Below are positions 24,971 through 37,886 of a stretch of DNA of 64,000 nucleotides, in pieces. The notes beneath the pieces are model-generated. The model was not told the DNA's origin, made no database searches, and worked only from the letters and a program-made list of their open reading frames with translations. Position 1 is the first letter of the stretch. Each line of letters begins with the position of its first letter. The DNA is from Rhynchopus sp. YZ270_cl-10 (Eukaryota): contig OZ037840.1 in NCBI GenBank assembly GCA_964035575.1, forward strand, positions 496,001 to 560,000. The letters run 5' to 3'. A program made the translations under genes and the position numbers.

Positions 24971-27900
24971 ATGGCAACCAGAACGGTGCACGTTGCCATC
25001 ACGGATGCTGTCCAGGTGCCGCTGTTGGTAGCGGAGGAGGCCACTGTGAAGCAGGTAAAGCACTCCTCCTCCCCCCTTTTTTCTTTTTCAGATGTAAATC
25101 ACGAAATGGGTGTAGAACTGCATGGTTGGGGGGGTCCATCCCCCGGGGGTGGACCCCCCGAACCATGCAGTACCGAAACCAAGGTCGACGGCATGACCGT
25201 CGTAATTTTTTTTTTTTTGTTATAGGTCAAACGCAGTCAGGGATTTATATACGATTTTTTTCCTTACCAAAAGTGCAAAAAAAGTGAGGTTGCTATTCCT
25301 GAGGGGGCTGCAGGCACGGAGGGGCTTTTTTGAAGAAATGGACTTCAGATTGAAGTATCATCATTGTACTAGCCCAGGGGGCTTCGCTGGCTAGGGCTCC
25401 AGCAGGTCCCACATGCACTATGCCTGACTCCAGCACGCAAGGTAGCATTCACAGCACCTTTCACCCCTTCAGGAGGAGTGCACAAAAGGGCTCCCGGATG
25501 CAATTTTTCACCCATATCAGGACTCATGACTCAATTTTTTTTGCGAAGCAAAAAATAATAATATAATATGGCGCCGCAGGCGAAAAAAAATTGGGGTACG
25601 GTGTAAAAATCTAGCCTTTTACACCACAGAGTCACTCAACGAACCCTTTTTTGCGGAGCAAAAAAGGAAAAATGGCGCCGCAGGCAAAAAAAATTTGGGT
25701 ACAGCCTGTATGGTACGGGATTTCATGGTGCGGTCAGCAACCCAGTTCCCCAAAAAATGCAAAAAACTTTTTTCCCAAATCTGCAAAAGTTTTTTTTTTT
25801 TTTCAAAACTGAGGTTCAGCCTCAGTTCTACTATGGTATATAAATCTCTGAACGCAGTTGAAGCGTACAACTAACAAACTCTCCCCTTGTTTCGTTTCCC
25901 GTTTTTCCTGTGTGGGTGAAGATAGTTATTGACACCCGTAGTATTTTGGAAAAAAGCAACAGATGAGCACAACAAACAAACACACACACACCACACCCCG
26001 CTATGGGCAAATGAGCACTGTTAGGGAACCCACTACATTTTGCTTTCAAACCCCCACACCCTGCGCAGGTGAAGACAGCAATAGCGCTCCTCCTGGGAAA
26101 GGCTCGTGACGTATCTGATGCAGCGGATGGAACTGTATGCTTCTTCTTCCCTCACCCCCGATGCTTGATAAACAGATTTTAAATTTTTACTTTATTTTTC
26201 AAAATAAGCCCCCCTGGCATCCTTGGGGTGTCTACACTAATAGAGCCAAGTTTTAAAAAGTATATCACATCGCATCTATCACACAGCCCCTCACCGACTC
26301 CACCACCGCACCCGCCACACTCTTCCTTGTGACCACGAAGCCAGCAGCCAAGAGAAAGACACCAGCCCCAGCAGCGGTATGTGCACCCTACGTATATCAA
26401 GAGGACCACGTGGTTACGTGTTGTACAAAGCGTACTCGTTCTATTTGCTCTCTTTTTAAGGATCCGTGTGAACAAAAACCGTGGCTGCTATCTAGTGATA
26501 GTAGTCCCTAGTTTCGAGTGCGAAACGTTTCTCCAACGAAATGGATGTAAGACTGCACGATTGAGGTCGACCCCCGGTACAGCACGCTGTCACGAGAGGG
26601 ATTTTTGTATCTCAACTTTCCACCCCATTATCAAAAACCTTCATAACAATCCATCACATCCACACTACAGGATCCTGTCAACCATCGTGAAGTGTCAACC
26701 CCGAAGAAGCCGGTCTGTGAGAAGCCGAAGCCCAAGAAGGAGAAGGTTGTGAAGAAAGCACCGCCACCTGCCGTGCCAGCAGCCAAGCCTGCACGTGAGT
26801 CGGGCGCGACGAAGCCGGAGAAGGTGAAGCCGACGACCTCGCCTGAGCTGGAGGAGGCACGCAAGCAGGTTGGCAAGCTTGCTGCTAAGAACATGCAGCA
26901 GCTGATCAGCGTGCACACCCCACCGGAATGGCTGGTCGCGCTTCTCGAGCACGTCCTGCTTGCGTACGGACTCACCGTGAAGTCCTGGGAGTCGCTCAGC
27001 AAAGAGCTTAGCGACGTCCAGTTTGTTAAGAAGGTATGCAGTGGAAGGATGAAGATTAAACATCAGAGGTGAAGGGGGGAGGTCGGATGTTGATGTTGAG
27101 ATGCGTGAGGGGACAGCTTTCCCTTTGTTTTTTTATCTGCAGCAGAGCCTACCATTTTTTCCACTCTTTTTATGGATCTGCAAAATAATGAGAATAATCC
27201 GGTGTTCAATTCTTACTTTCTTATATTTCAACTATTATTTAACCTTTTATTTTGCCCCCCCTTTTTTGCAGCTCCACGCCACCGAACCTACCATCACCGA
27301 CCGCAACCTGCGCAAACTCGAGCAATTCAAACCCATGCAGGACGAAGACGAGATGGTCAAGGTTGCAGGACGTGCCTCTGTCGTCCTTTCACAGTGGCTC
27401 CGCTGCATCGTCGCCGATGCCAAGCGCATGAAGGACCACCATACCGAGGAACGCCCCACCACTAAGTCTTTCTCCTCTCACCACGCCTTGCCCATGGCCC
27501 CTGAAGGGGAGAGCCCACGCCGCAGCTCCACCCCATGTGATGCGACTGTCGAGACAGAGGAGCTCAAGGCTGCCACAGCAGAGATTGCGAAGCTCGACAC
27601 GAAGGAGATTCGGGATCTGCGCAACCAGATCACCTCTGTGCCCACAGTAGGAAAGGTTGTGCAGGCTGTCCAGGCGGCGCTTGCGCAAAAGGACACCTCT
27701 CCCGAAGCTGGTCAGCGCCTTGTGCTGAACCCCAAGGCCTTCCAAAAGAGCCTTGCAGACACCGCAAACGATCCTGCCAAATGCCTGAAGCTCTCGCGTG
27801 CAGAGTTCCTCGCCCTGCAGAAGGCGCTCCGTGACAAAGAGATTACCGCAGCATCCGCAGATGTTATGACCCCAGCGGTTGTGAGTGTACTGCGGTGGGC

Positions 27901-28642
27901 AAAGTGTGCCCACGCCTATGCAAGCAAATTCCAGAAGGCACCCGCTAAGGTATGATAACGAAAGGGCAAGAAAGAGAAAGAGGGTCTTATACGCATAGCA
28001 ACACTTTTCACCAAATACGGTGTGACGTAATCACCACGTCTAGCTAGCTCCAAACCCCTTTCCGTGACCGCGGACATATTTGTGCAGTACAATTTCTCCC
28101 CCAAACAAAATAAATAGAAAAATGACTGACACCTCCTACTGCAAAAGCGTACTCCTTCTATTTGCTCTTTTTTAAGGAGCCTGTGAAGAAAAACCGTGGC
28201 CACTATCTGGTGATAGTGGTCTATAATTAAACAAAATTGTTTTCCTTCCTCCAAACCCTTTCCAACCCCACAGCCTGCCGGAACAGCAGAACACACCGAC
28301 CCTACAACACGCACGGAGGCAAATGGCAACGGTTCCACCACCCCACCCGCACCGCCGGCAGAGAAGAAGGACGTTGCCCCGGACACGACACCACCAACAC
28401 CACCACCTGCAGCGGTGCAGGAGACCGTGAGCACACCACCTGCTGAGGAAAAGTCTGAGAAGGTGGAGGAAGTTCCACAGAGCGCCCCTGCAGAAGCTGA
28501 GGAGAAGAAGGAGGAAGTCCCTGAAAAGACGGAGGAAGAGGAGAAGAAGGAAGAGGTGAAGGAGGAGAAGGTGGAGGAGGACAAGAAGGAGGAGGCAGCA
28601 GCAGCAGCAGCCCCCCAGGAGGAGGAGGAAGAGACATATTAG
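24971..28642 (+). CDS. Six-exon gene, about 549 aa: UBL domain, Pro/Lys linker, two dynein stalk/microtubule-binding-domain-like modules, acidic tail. Exons 24971-25054, 26069-26134, 26287-26376, 26671-27033, 27272-27949, 28274-28642
   Basis: All five introns are GTA...CAG and phase 0. Exon lengths 84/66/90/363/678/369 join into one open frame ending in TAG. The spliced N-terminus reconstitutes a UBL pattern, and the exon 4/5 junction reconstitutes a dynein-MTBD-like pattern. Confidence 0.85.
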
Positions 28643-31600
28643 CAGTCGTGGAGTTGCGGGTACTTCAGTGGCGCAAGGAAGTAGTATTTTTTTCCCCCTA
28701 ACCCCTAAACCCTCCCCCTCTTTAAAAATCTAAGACGAATGTAAAAGGGGTGTGATGGTTTACCAAAAAAAAATAATTTACCTGATCGGAGTGATTTTTT
28801 TTTAAATAGGGAGGCAAAAGCGTACTCCTTGTTTTTAAGGATCCTGTGAAGAAAAACCGTGGCTTGCTATCTAGGTGATAGTAGTCTATAATCGAACAAA
28901 AAAAAAATTTAAATAGGGAGAATCGATCGGGAAAAAAAGGGGGGAGGGGAGGAGTCCAGGCGGTGATTGTGTATGTAAAATACCCTCAACATGTCACCTT
29001 CGAAAAAGGTGGTATTTTTTTTTTCTTCGTGCGGAATTCGAAAATGCCACAGCATTAGTTGGAAAAGATGTGGCTGCATCTGCGCAGTGAAGCGAAGCAC
29101 ATTTCATGATTTTCTTTTATAGCGATTTTTCATTTTTATTTTTAAATTGGTGTGGCTAAATCCAGTACAAAAACAGTACAAAACAACTACAAAAGAAGTA
29201 CAAAAATTACACTTTATTTTTGGGGTGTTTTTTGCGAAAAATTATTTCCCTGTATAAACTTTTTGGGGGGTCGGAGTCGGGGGGTCGGGGGGAAATTTTT
29301 CTTTTTTGGCCCCCAAAAAATTGGGGGAAATTTTTTTTTTCTCTATTCTCGGGAGTCCGTGCGTGCTGTGATGGGGTCACTTTGCGCTGAGAAATGAGTA
29401 TTTTTGACCTAAAATGCATGTGTCAGTTTTTACAGGGCATTTTCAGGTTTAGTGTAAAATATGGTCAGCACTTGACCACTGAGGGTAAAGTGCAAAGTAA
29501 ACGTGGGGGCAGTTTGCATAGCTGCGAACTTTGCTGCATGTTGTGACCCCACCATTTTACGGACGGAGCTCGTAGAACCCAATGAGGAGTGAGAAAGAAG
29601 AAGGAAGCATGCAGCATGGCCAACGAAAAAAGTAGCGTACCGTGCGCCTGCGGCGCAAGATTGCAGCCCACCCTTTCCCATGACATAGTTCAGCACAAAT
29701 GTGCAAATATAAGCGCAATTTTTTGAAATGTTGCGCACCGTGGCTTCGCCAGAAACTTTCGTTCTAGCAAAATACGTAGGTAAAATTTAACGGAACTGAC
29801 GATAATTACCAACGACAGTGCCAATTTATGTCGACATTTTTCAGAAATGTTGCGTACCGTGGCTTCGCCAGGAACTTTTGGGCCATGACTTGGGGCGATT
29901 GGGAAAGTACGAATCAAGCATGTTCCCAGATCACGTGATTTTGACCAAAATTTTGGGGTCCAGATCACGAAAAAAAAAAGGGGTATGGGGTGCGTTTTTG
30001 GGCGTTTTTGTCGATCGCATCGTCCGATTCGGTGCGATTGCAGAAAGTGATGGGGTCATTTTGGAAAAATGGACAAAATTTTATTGACTTAAATTTTTGC
30101 AAAATATGAACCCATACTCGTAAACAAGGGTCATTTTCAGGTTTGAAAACCCAACTTCAGATGAAATTGTGGTGTTTTGAGTGGGAACACAGTAGCGCCG
30201 CAGGCGCACGGTACCCAACTTTTGTCTTTTTTCTTTTTCCCTTTTCTCTGCTTTCTTTTGATTGTGCGAGCCGATTGCTCTCCACGGTGGGGTCACATGT
30301 GTGTGCAAAAACACTCTGAAGTACCCTTACTATGAAATATGAGATTCTCTGGTTTTAGTAAGGAAAAACCCAAGCAAAATCGTCAAAAATCTACGGTAGT
30401 CGGTAGGCGCGTAGCGCGACCCCCGTGCGCACCCCACTTTTTTTTTTTTTTTGTTTTTCCCGGAAAAGTACCGCAATTGACGGATCGCGATCCGTGCGAA
30501 CCGTGGTGGTGACTCATCTGAAAAAATATTGAGTAGAACAGCTGCAGATCGTGTGCGAGCACTTTTTTTTTTTTTTTTTTTTTTTTTTTTCCAAAATTCC
30601 TGAAAACCAGATCATGATCACGATCTGGGAAAAAGCTTGGTACGAATTGGTACCAAAAATAAAAAAAACCCCCTTTTTTGGGTATACAAAAAAAATACAA
30701 AAGAAGTACAAAAATTACACTTTATTTTTGGAGTTAGCCACACCATTAAATATCTTTTTTTTTTTTCTACACCACAGTTTTGTTGGTTTCTTCCGTCCCA
30801 CACCCGCTGTCATCCCCCTTTTTTTTTGGCAGAGGGTACCTACGCACCTGCACCTGTTGTTTCACGAAATGATCAGCTGAGGTCTTTTTTTAAACTGTGT
30901 ATGCACACGATGCACATTCATGTCCTATATACACCCATTGCCCCCCCTACCCCCTTTTTAAGTTACCTACGTGCACACGAGAGCTTAGATGCTAACCAAA
31001 ACAACCCCTTTTGAGGAGATTGCCCCAATTTTTTTTGTGAATAAGATTGTTGGGGGGCACCACCTTTTTGATTTTTTTTTGGGCCACACAGTGGGGGGTG
31101 GGAGGCATAACGTCTGCAGTAGAGTTGGCCTGTGGGGGTCTTACGGGAAGGGGAGCTAGTGTGCTGGTGTCTTTGCTATCAAGTTTTTGGGCAAATTCCT
31201 TGCATGTGGGATATGGTCTAAGTGATTGTGTGTGTTTGATAACTAATAGGGATAATTCTTGCGCAGAATATGGCCCCAAAATTTTTTTTGTTTTGTGTCG
31301 GTACATTTTTCGCACCCTCTTTACCTTCTTTTCGTTTAGAAAAGAAAGTATATGAAATAGTTTTGTGTGTGTGTGTGTGTGTGTATGTGCTTACAATACG
31401 GAACAGTAGACGTAGAGGCCCATCTTTAAGGGGTGTTTACGCTAAATAACAAATAAAACAAAAAAAAAATCTTCTTATACAACGTAGCAGGGTTTCAAAG
31501 GGGGGTTTTGGGGTAGTGGTGGCTGTGATAAAATGTCCATAACCCATTAATACACATTACAATACAGCTGTATTGGTGATGCGTATAGAATGGATTATGC

Positions 31601-32452
31601 TGGATAATTTATTGAAAATAAAAATAAAATACAGCCAGGATTGGGGGGTGGGAGGGCGGCCGCATAGAGAAAAAACGCCTTGGTGCGTTGTGTGTTTTTT
31701 AAATAAGTTATTTTTTTTTTTTTTGGGTAAATTCCTCGGAATTAAATGCTCAGATTTTGTGTGTGTGTGTGTGTGTGAGTCGGTGTCGGCTCGCTCTTTC
31801 AAAGCTTCCTTTTCGGAAGACGCTACACAGGTGTGTCCTGGGGTTGAAACTGATTCACACTTTTCGCGAAAGCCCGCACCGCCTTTATTTTAGAATCGTC
31901 TTTTTTCGTTGTTCCGAACGTAGAAAATATGGGAAAAAAAAGAGAGATCTTAGTTTGGTTGGGTGCCTTCACCTGATCAGTCTTCATAACATATACAATA
32001 AAGTGTTTCTCCCCCGATTTCGTTTTAAAATTATGTTCTTTTTTGCCTTTCATGGTAGCAACAGCACCACTCACAGCAGAGTACACACATAACATATGCC
32101 CGTAAAAGGAGAATGCGTTTTTTTATACTTTGTGATGCTGTGCTTCACAAATGTGTAAATTTGTGTATGGGTTCGTCAAGTCTTTTGTATTGCTCTTGGT
32201 GTGCGTGGTGTGTGCATGGTGCGGAGCGATACAATGGGATGGGGATGTGGATGGGTAGTGTGGTGCCTGCATTGCACGTTGCCTGCAGTAGCATATGGGC
32301 GCAACACTTTGTGTCATGGAAGTGTCTTTGCTTGTGTGCAAGCCTTATGATAGTGTAGGGAACGACAGAAGAGGGGAGAGGAGGGGAGGGAGGGGGTGCC
32401 CTGTGGAGGGTGTGGGGTGTAGCTCTGACTGGGGAGGGGGGGGAGGGAGGAG

Positions 32453-33550
32453 GGAGGTGAAGAGAAGTGTGTGGGATGCAAGGTGGAGGGTTGCAGGCGC
32501 AGACGTGCACCACATGAACAGGACTAGGGTGGTGTGAGGAGAGGGAGGTGTGAGGAGGATGGGGTTGAGGGAAGGTGTGGCTGGTACGTCTGAGACACTG
32601 GCAGGAGTGTGAAGGGGTGGGTGTGGGTGTGGAGACGGCGTGAGGCACTCCCAGCTGCGGGACGGCACAGTCGGGTGTGTTAATGCTGGTGCGCTGTTGG
32701 GATGTTGGGGACACGCTGGTGGGGAGGGGGAGTTCTCTTCACGGTGCCACAACGGATGCTCTGCACCAAGGAGTACCGAAAGTCCCGAATGGCAAAGTCC
32801 AGTGGAACCTGGACCTTAGCCAGGGATGGACGGTTTCCTCACACTTTTTTTTTTATGGGGTGGGTGGGTTGGGATGTGCGTGTCGACAGGAGACGAAGAG
32901 AAACCACTGTGGTGGCTGTGGAGGAAGGTAGATGTGCGTGTTGTGCTTTGTTCTTTGCAGCCCAGAGGGGTCGTGTGGTTGAGACCTGCAGGCAGCGAGG
33001 GTTTGTGTCGTGGGCGGCATGTTTGGCGCAGTCTTCTGGAGCCTGCACCTCTTCGCACGCCATGTGTCGACTGCCGACACCTTGGCAGTGATGTGGTGCA
33101 GACGCTTCTCTCGCCTTCTTGCCTCACCTCCCACACCTCATACACTTGGTACGTTGGGTTGGGCAAGGGTCTTCTTCCTTCTCATATGGGCACCCGTCCT
33201 CTGGCAGGGGTGCGTCATGCACCCTATCTCCGGCCAGTGTCGGGACACCTTCCCGCCTGCATGAGTTGGGACCTTATCACCATTTTCCATCAACCTCATG
33301 AACGCACCGCATAGATGCACCTCACGGTTCATGAACGGTTTGTACCACATGACTACACCGCTTCAGAGAGGACAGGACTAGGGAGAAGAAGAGAACCGGT
33401 TCGAAGGACTCTTACGGAGCACACCCTTTGCTCTAAGTGGGACAACCTGCACGGAAGGTCATCGGAGGTACAGAGGGAGGAAGTGGGAGGGTTTTGGGGG
33501 GTTGAGTGAGCAAGAATGGCGTCGTCGAGCACCGCATGGTGAGTACGAGG
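32453..33550. repeat. Longest copy of a ~1.1-kb GT-rich mosaic cassette; other copies at about 42207-42527, 43238-44130, 48633-49342 and 61313-61478
   Basis: Near-identical blocks, e.g. GCAGGCAGCGAGGGTTTGTGTCGTGGGCGGCATGTTTGGCGCAGTCTTCTGGAGCCTGCA, in four of the copies. The 42207 copy carries the 5' block only. Confidence 0.9.
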
Positions 33551-33889
33551 TAGGTTGGGTGGGGTGGGGGTGTCACCTCAACAACGCGCTTACGATGCTG
33601 CAACGTGATGCCCACCCTTGGAAGGCGGTAGCAACGTGAAAGGCTTTGTGCGAGACATGCCACTTCTCTTCTTCTGACGGGTCATGCCTGAGTGATACGT
33701 CTTGAGGAGGTTGGGGTGGGTTAGGGTGGGCATGAAGACGACGTATAGCTGTGTGTGTAGCGTGACAGGTCGAAGGTTGGAGAAGGTGGCGATGCATGCT
33801 GTATGCCATCTTGAGGTGCGGGGGCTGTTGTGTATTGATGGGAGGGTGGGGGTAAGGGTCACTGAAAATCGATAAAAAATAAAAGACAT

Positions 33890-34499
33890 ACATGCCATGT
33901 TAAAAGACGTAGTGCACTTCCAGCAGTGCCTTGCTAGACTGCATGACACGGCTGTTCTATGCCGTGAGGAAGTGACCCAACTCAGCAAGAACGTCTTCGT
34001 GGTCCTCCTTTTCTTGAACAGCCTCGTAACAGCCGTATCTCCCTTTGCCAGCAGGTCTGTCCGTTCGAACGCCAAGGATGTGAGGTCTCAGAAGCGTAGC
34101 CTGAGTCTTCTCGTTCGTGTCAAACTCGAATGCGTACGTCGTCGACGACACCACTGTGTCATTTCCCACTGCTTGTTCCTGTCTTCGAGACACTTCTTCT
34201 TGAGGATGTTTGCAGCATCCCTCTGGTATAGTCATCTTGTCCATGCATTTAGCACGGCATCGAACGCTGGCAATATGTCCGAACATTGCGTCGTCTCCTT
34301 CAATACAGTATCGCTTCAGGCGCAGGAGACATAATCTTATACACAAATAAGAACATCGACCAAAACCCGTCATCAACCTTTTTCAGGTCCGGGAAGTGAG
34401 CCAGTGTGCTGCTTTCCGTGTTGTCATCTCGTGATGGCTTGAGTGGCATGTAGTTGTCTTCTAACAAACGCTGCACGTCGTTACGTTTTTTAATTACCA
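33890..34499 (-). pseudogene. Frameshifted coding remnant of unknown product
   Basis: Protein-like stretches switch between frames (..RLLEDNYMPLKP.., ..EGDDAMFGHIASVR.., ..YAFEFDTNEKTQATLLRPHIL/AFERTDLLAKGD..). A GTATGT donor-like site lies near 33890. Confidence 0.4.
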
Positions 34500-34712
34500 G
34501 ATGTAAATCACAAAATGGATGTAGGAGTGCATGGTTGGGGTGTCCACCCACGATACAGCCGGTCATTGTACCAAAGATACACTGTTCACGGGAGGGCTTT
34601 TGTATTTCAAGTCAACTTTTTAAGGGAAAAAGTGGAATTTTAAAAGACGACAAAAAAATATAAAAGGCGTCTTTTGAAAGACATGTTAAAAGACTGGAGG
34701 AGCCTTGGGGAG

Positions 34713-34882
34713 CATACACCGGCATAAACCCGATGCGAGTCGCATTCTCGCATTCTCGCACAAGTCTGGTCTGGCGAAAAATTATCGCACAATTATCACT
34801 CATTAGCACTCACTCTCGCACGACCAAAACCCTTCTACGTGAGCGATAATGATTATCGCATGCGACTCGCATCGAGTGTATG
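34713..34882. mobile_element. CATA-terminal MITE at the edge of the TTAGGG-containing array
   Basis: CATAAACCCGATGCGAGTCGCAT is inverted with ATGCGACTCGCATCGAGTGTATG. A diverged array unit (GAGCCTTGGGGAG) lies to its left. Confidence 0.6.
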
Positions 34883-35049
34883 CTTAGGGAGCCTTAGGGA
34901 GCCTTAGGGAGCCTTAGGGAGCCTTAGGGAGCCTTAGGGAGCCTTAGGGAGCCTTAGGGAGCCTTAGGGAGCCTTAGGGAGCCTTAGGGAGCCTTAGGGA
35001 GCCTTAGGGAGCCTTAGGGAGCCTTAGGGAGCCTTAGGGAGCCTTAGGG
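34883..35049 (+). repeat. (GCCTTAGGGA)n 10-bp tandem array, about 17 TTAGGG-containing units
   Basis: 15 complete perfect units at 34891-35040 plus partial units on each side. Confidence 0.97.
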
Positions 35050-35954
35050 GGTGTCCGGGAGATCTGAGATAGATAGAGATTACCTAAAAAGACCCGCGAG
35101 GGGCGAACAGCAATGAAAAATGATAAACAGAGAAGGAAGCGGGGATACGTTTTATCTCGAAAAGAGGCGCCACGATGAGGGGGGGGCGAATGTGGAGGCC
35201 GGATGACCACCACGCTGTGCGTTGAGCATGACTGCAGACAAAATGGCGGAGATGAAGCAGATGGTGTCTGCGACATGCAGGAAGCGGAAGGATGGTCTGG
35301 CGGGCGAAGTGCCCTAAGTTCATCAATGACCAGCTGATTGAGACGATGATGGTTATGGCGAGGGCAACTCCGAAGGACGTTTTTTTTTGGATATTGGGAG
35401 TACCTTCCAAGAATACACAACACAACCCAGAGATGTCGAATGGAGGAATAATCCCGACACCATCCACCTCTACACCCGTACAGACTACTGTGGAAGTGGA
35501 GACATCGGTGATGAAGATCTATAGTTTGGAAATTGTGAGATCAGAACAATTTCAAAATTCCAAATTCAAAAACAAAAATTAAAAACAACTTTTGTATTTT
35601 GTGTATTCCCGAACCAAAATACTGAGGTATAAGGTACCAAATTCTCACACGAACATCGGCATTACGACATTCACCCACCAGTTAAAGGGAAATCACTGAA
35701 GATGTCCACCCTTTTGAATACAACTGTATGATTCTTAGGACTGAAACAGGGTTATTGTCAGAGGCCAATCTACTGAAGTTTCCACCACAACCACAAAACG
35801 GAGTGAACAAAAAGCCAATGATACGACACCAAGCCTCAACGGTCGCAGGCATCCAGAAATAAAAGCAAAGCCACTGAAGGACAGCGGGAAAAAAAACAGG
35901 GCAGGGAAACAGCTTTAATGAAAAACTTGATGAACACACAGAAGGTAATAATCT

Positions 35955-36660
35955 AGTCGGCTATCGTCCGTCCACACAAAACCGCCACCGGCGACCCCCA
36001 CGCCGTCCAACGGGGGGTCGGCCCAGTCTTGCTCGGCGGTGCCCCAGCGTGACAGCTCGTCCGCCGGCATACGGTCCGTCGCGATCCAGCGCGACAACAT
36101 ACCCGCACCCGCACCGTCCGCGACCCGGAACAGGTTCTCCAGGACCGTGTTCCCCAACCTGACTGCACAGTGGCCCTTCTCCAGCACGGCAACCACAGCG
36201 GCATTGTCCCCGACCACCAGAATCTTGCGGGAGCCACGGACAGCATGCAGCATGCCCCAGGCCATCTCCCGTAATTCCAAAAAGGAAAATGTACTCGACC
36301 GCGGACCATGGACCCCACTTCCGGAAAGCGCGCTCGCCGGAAATTGTCCGCACAATAAACCCCCACCCCTAGGCATACTTGTCCTCCCATATGGGGAAGC
36401 CCATAAATTATGGGGAGATATGGGGGAAATATGGGGGAAATATCCTATAGAACTCCCCTACCCTCGACTTACAAAGTTACTACAGTGAAATCCAATACAA
36501 ATACCCCCATATTCCCCCATATTTGATGAAAAACCCCCATATGGGGCCCGATATTTTGGGCCCCATATTTCCCCCATATCTATATATGGGGGGACAAGTA
36601 TTCCTAGCCTAGTTAGTCGTAAGGCTAGGGGAATGCGTCGGAGTACATCACCGCATCACA
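35955..36660 (-). pseudogene. RNase H domain (DIRS-type), interrupted and frameshifted
   Basis: VMYSDAFP [insertion] GWGFIVR..EYIFL/LELR..KILVVGDNAAVVAVLEKG..WIATDRMPADELSR matches the TDAS-GWG, HINxLEL, DN and NxxADxLSR motifs. Confidence 0.85.
36372..36604. mobile_element. TA-flanked MITE inserted in the RNase H first catalytic motif
   Basis: TA|GGCATACTTGTCCTCCCATAT ... ATATGGGGGGACAAGTATTCC|TA, with internal CCCCATAT/ATATGGGG repeats. Confidence 0.8.
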
Positions 36661-37081
36661 CCCCGCCTCCGGCGACAGCTTCCACCTGGGGACGCGCCAC
36701 ACATCCGGCAACAAACACCCGCAAGTCCGTCCGCATGCCCGCAGAGATCTGCACCTGGTCGTCCCAGTCGATGGCGCCCGCAGACACCTCGGCGCCCCGT
36801 GCCCGAATCCACGCCAACATGTCGCACACTGCAGAACCGGTCACCCATCGCATACGTCGCCCAGATGACGGCCCCGATACCTTTCCACACGTCGCGCAGC
36901 GAGGGACCCGACGCCGACAGCAAAGCGTCCATCACGACACGGGCCTTCCGACGCCACTCCCCCGGCAGCCGCATGCTGCGCCCCCGCAAATCCCACTCAA
37001 TCCCTGAGTACACACACACACCTGCACCGGTGAGAGCGTCGACTTCGCGTGGTTCACCTCAGCGCCCACTTCGTCCGCTCG

Positions 37082-37885
37082 TCACAAAAACCCCCGAAGC
37101 CTCGCAGACGCCTGATCCGCCAACTTCCCCAAAGTGAGGTTGTCGTCGATCCACGCAGCAGCACACACACCCGCCATGTCCCCGAGAAGCCCCAGCGACG
37201 TCTCCTGCGCAATCACCGCCGCCCACGACCACCCCATCGCCATGCGGGTAAGCTGCATGCGACGCGCACCCTGACGCACACAAAAAAACTGCCCCACCTC
37301 CGCGGACAAGGGGAACTGCCAAAAGAACCCTTTAAAGTCCGCCACGACCGCATGCGTGGCGCCTCCGCGGAAGATGAGCTCCGACAGCTCGTAGGGCGTA
37401 GGGCTGAACTTAGGCGGGGAGTGCATCGCCGTGTTCAGCGGCCGTGCGTCAACGATGAGACTCATCTTGCCGTTCGTCTTCGCCAGCGGAAACACAGACA
37501 GACCACACACCGACGGGAAAGCCCGCTTCTCCGTACGCAAAACACCACTACTCACGCACGCCTTCAACATGTCGTCCTGGAGCTTGGAGGGAGGCCCGGC
37601 ATCGTCGCCCCTGACCCCGTCAGCTGCACGGAACGTCGCGATGTCGTCAAGCATCGCGAACAGCGCAGCCTTCGCCGGCACCAGACGGTGCAGCGCCCCC
37701 AAGTCGATCAGGCCCACAGGGAAGGAGTCAAGCACCTGACGCTTCGCACCCGATGGCACAGCCCAAACCCCAGCGACGTCGTCCACTATCATGTGCGGGG
37801 GCGACGCAGACGCCTCGATCTCCAGGTCCACATCGTCACCACCCACCTCACGCACATACTCCCCCAGTGGGCACGGAACAACCAC
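37082..37885 (-). pseudogene. Reverse transcriptase core; continues frameshifted to about 36660
   Basis: VFPLAKTNGKMSLIVDARPLN, VVADFKGFFWQFPL, RMAMGWSWAAVIAQ and AWIDDNL (YxDD equivalent), followed by GAGVCVYSGIEWDL. Confidence 0.92.
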
Positions 37886-37886
37886 C

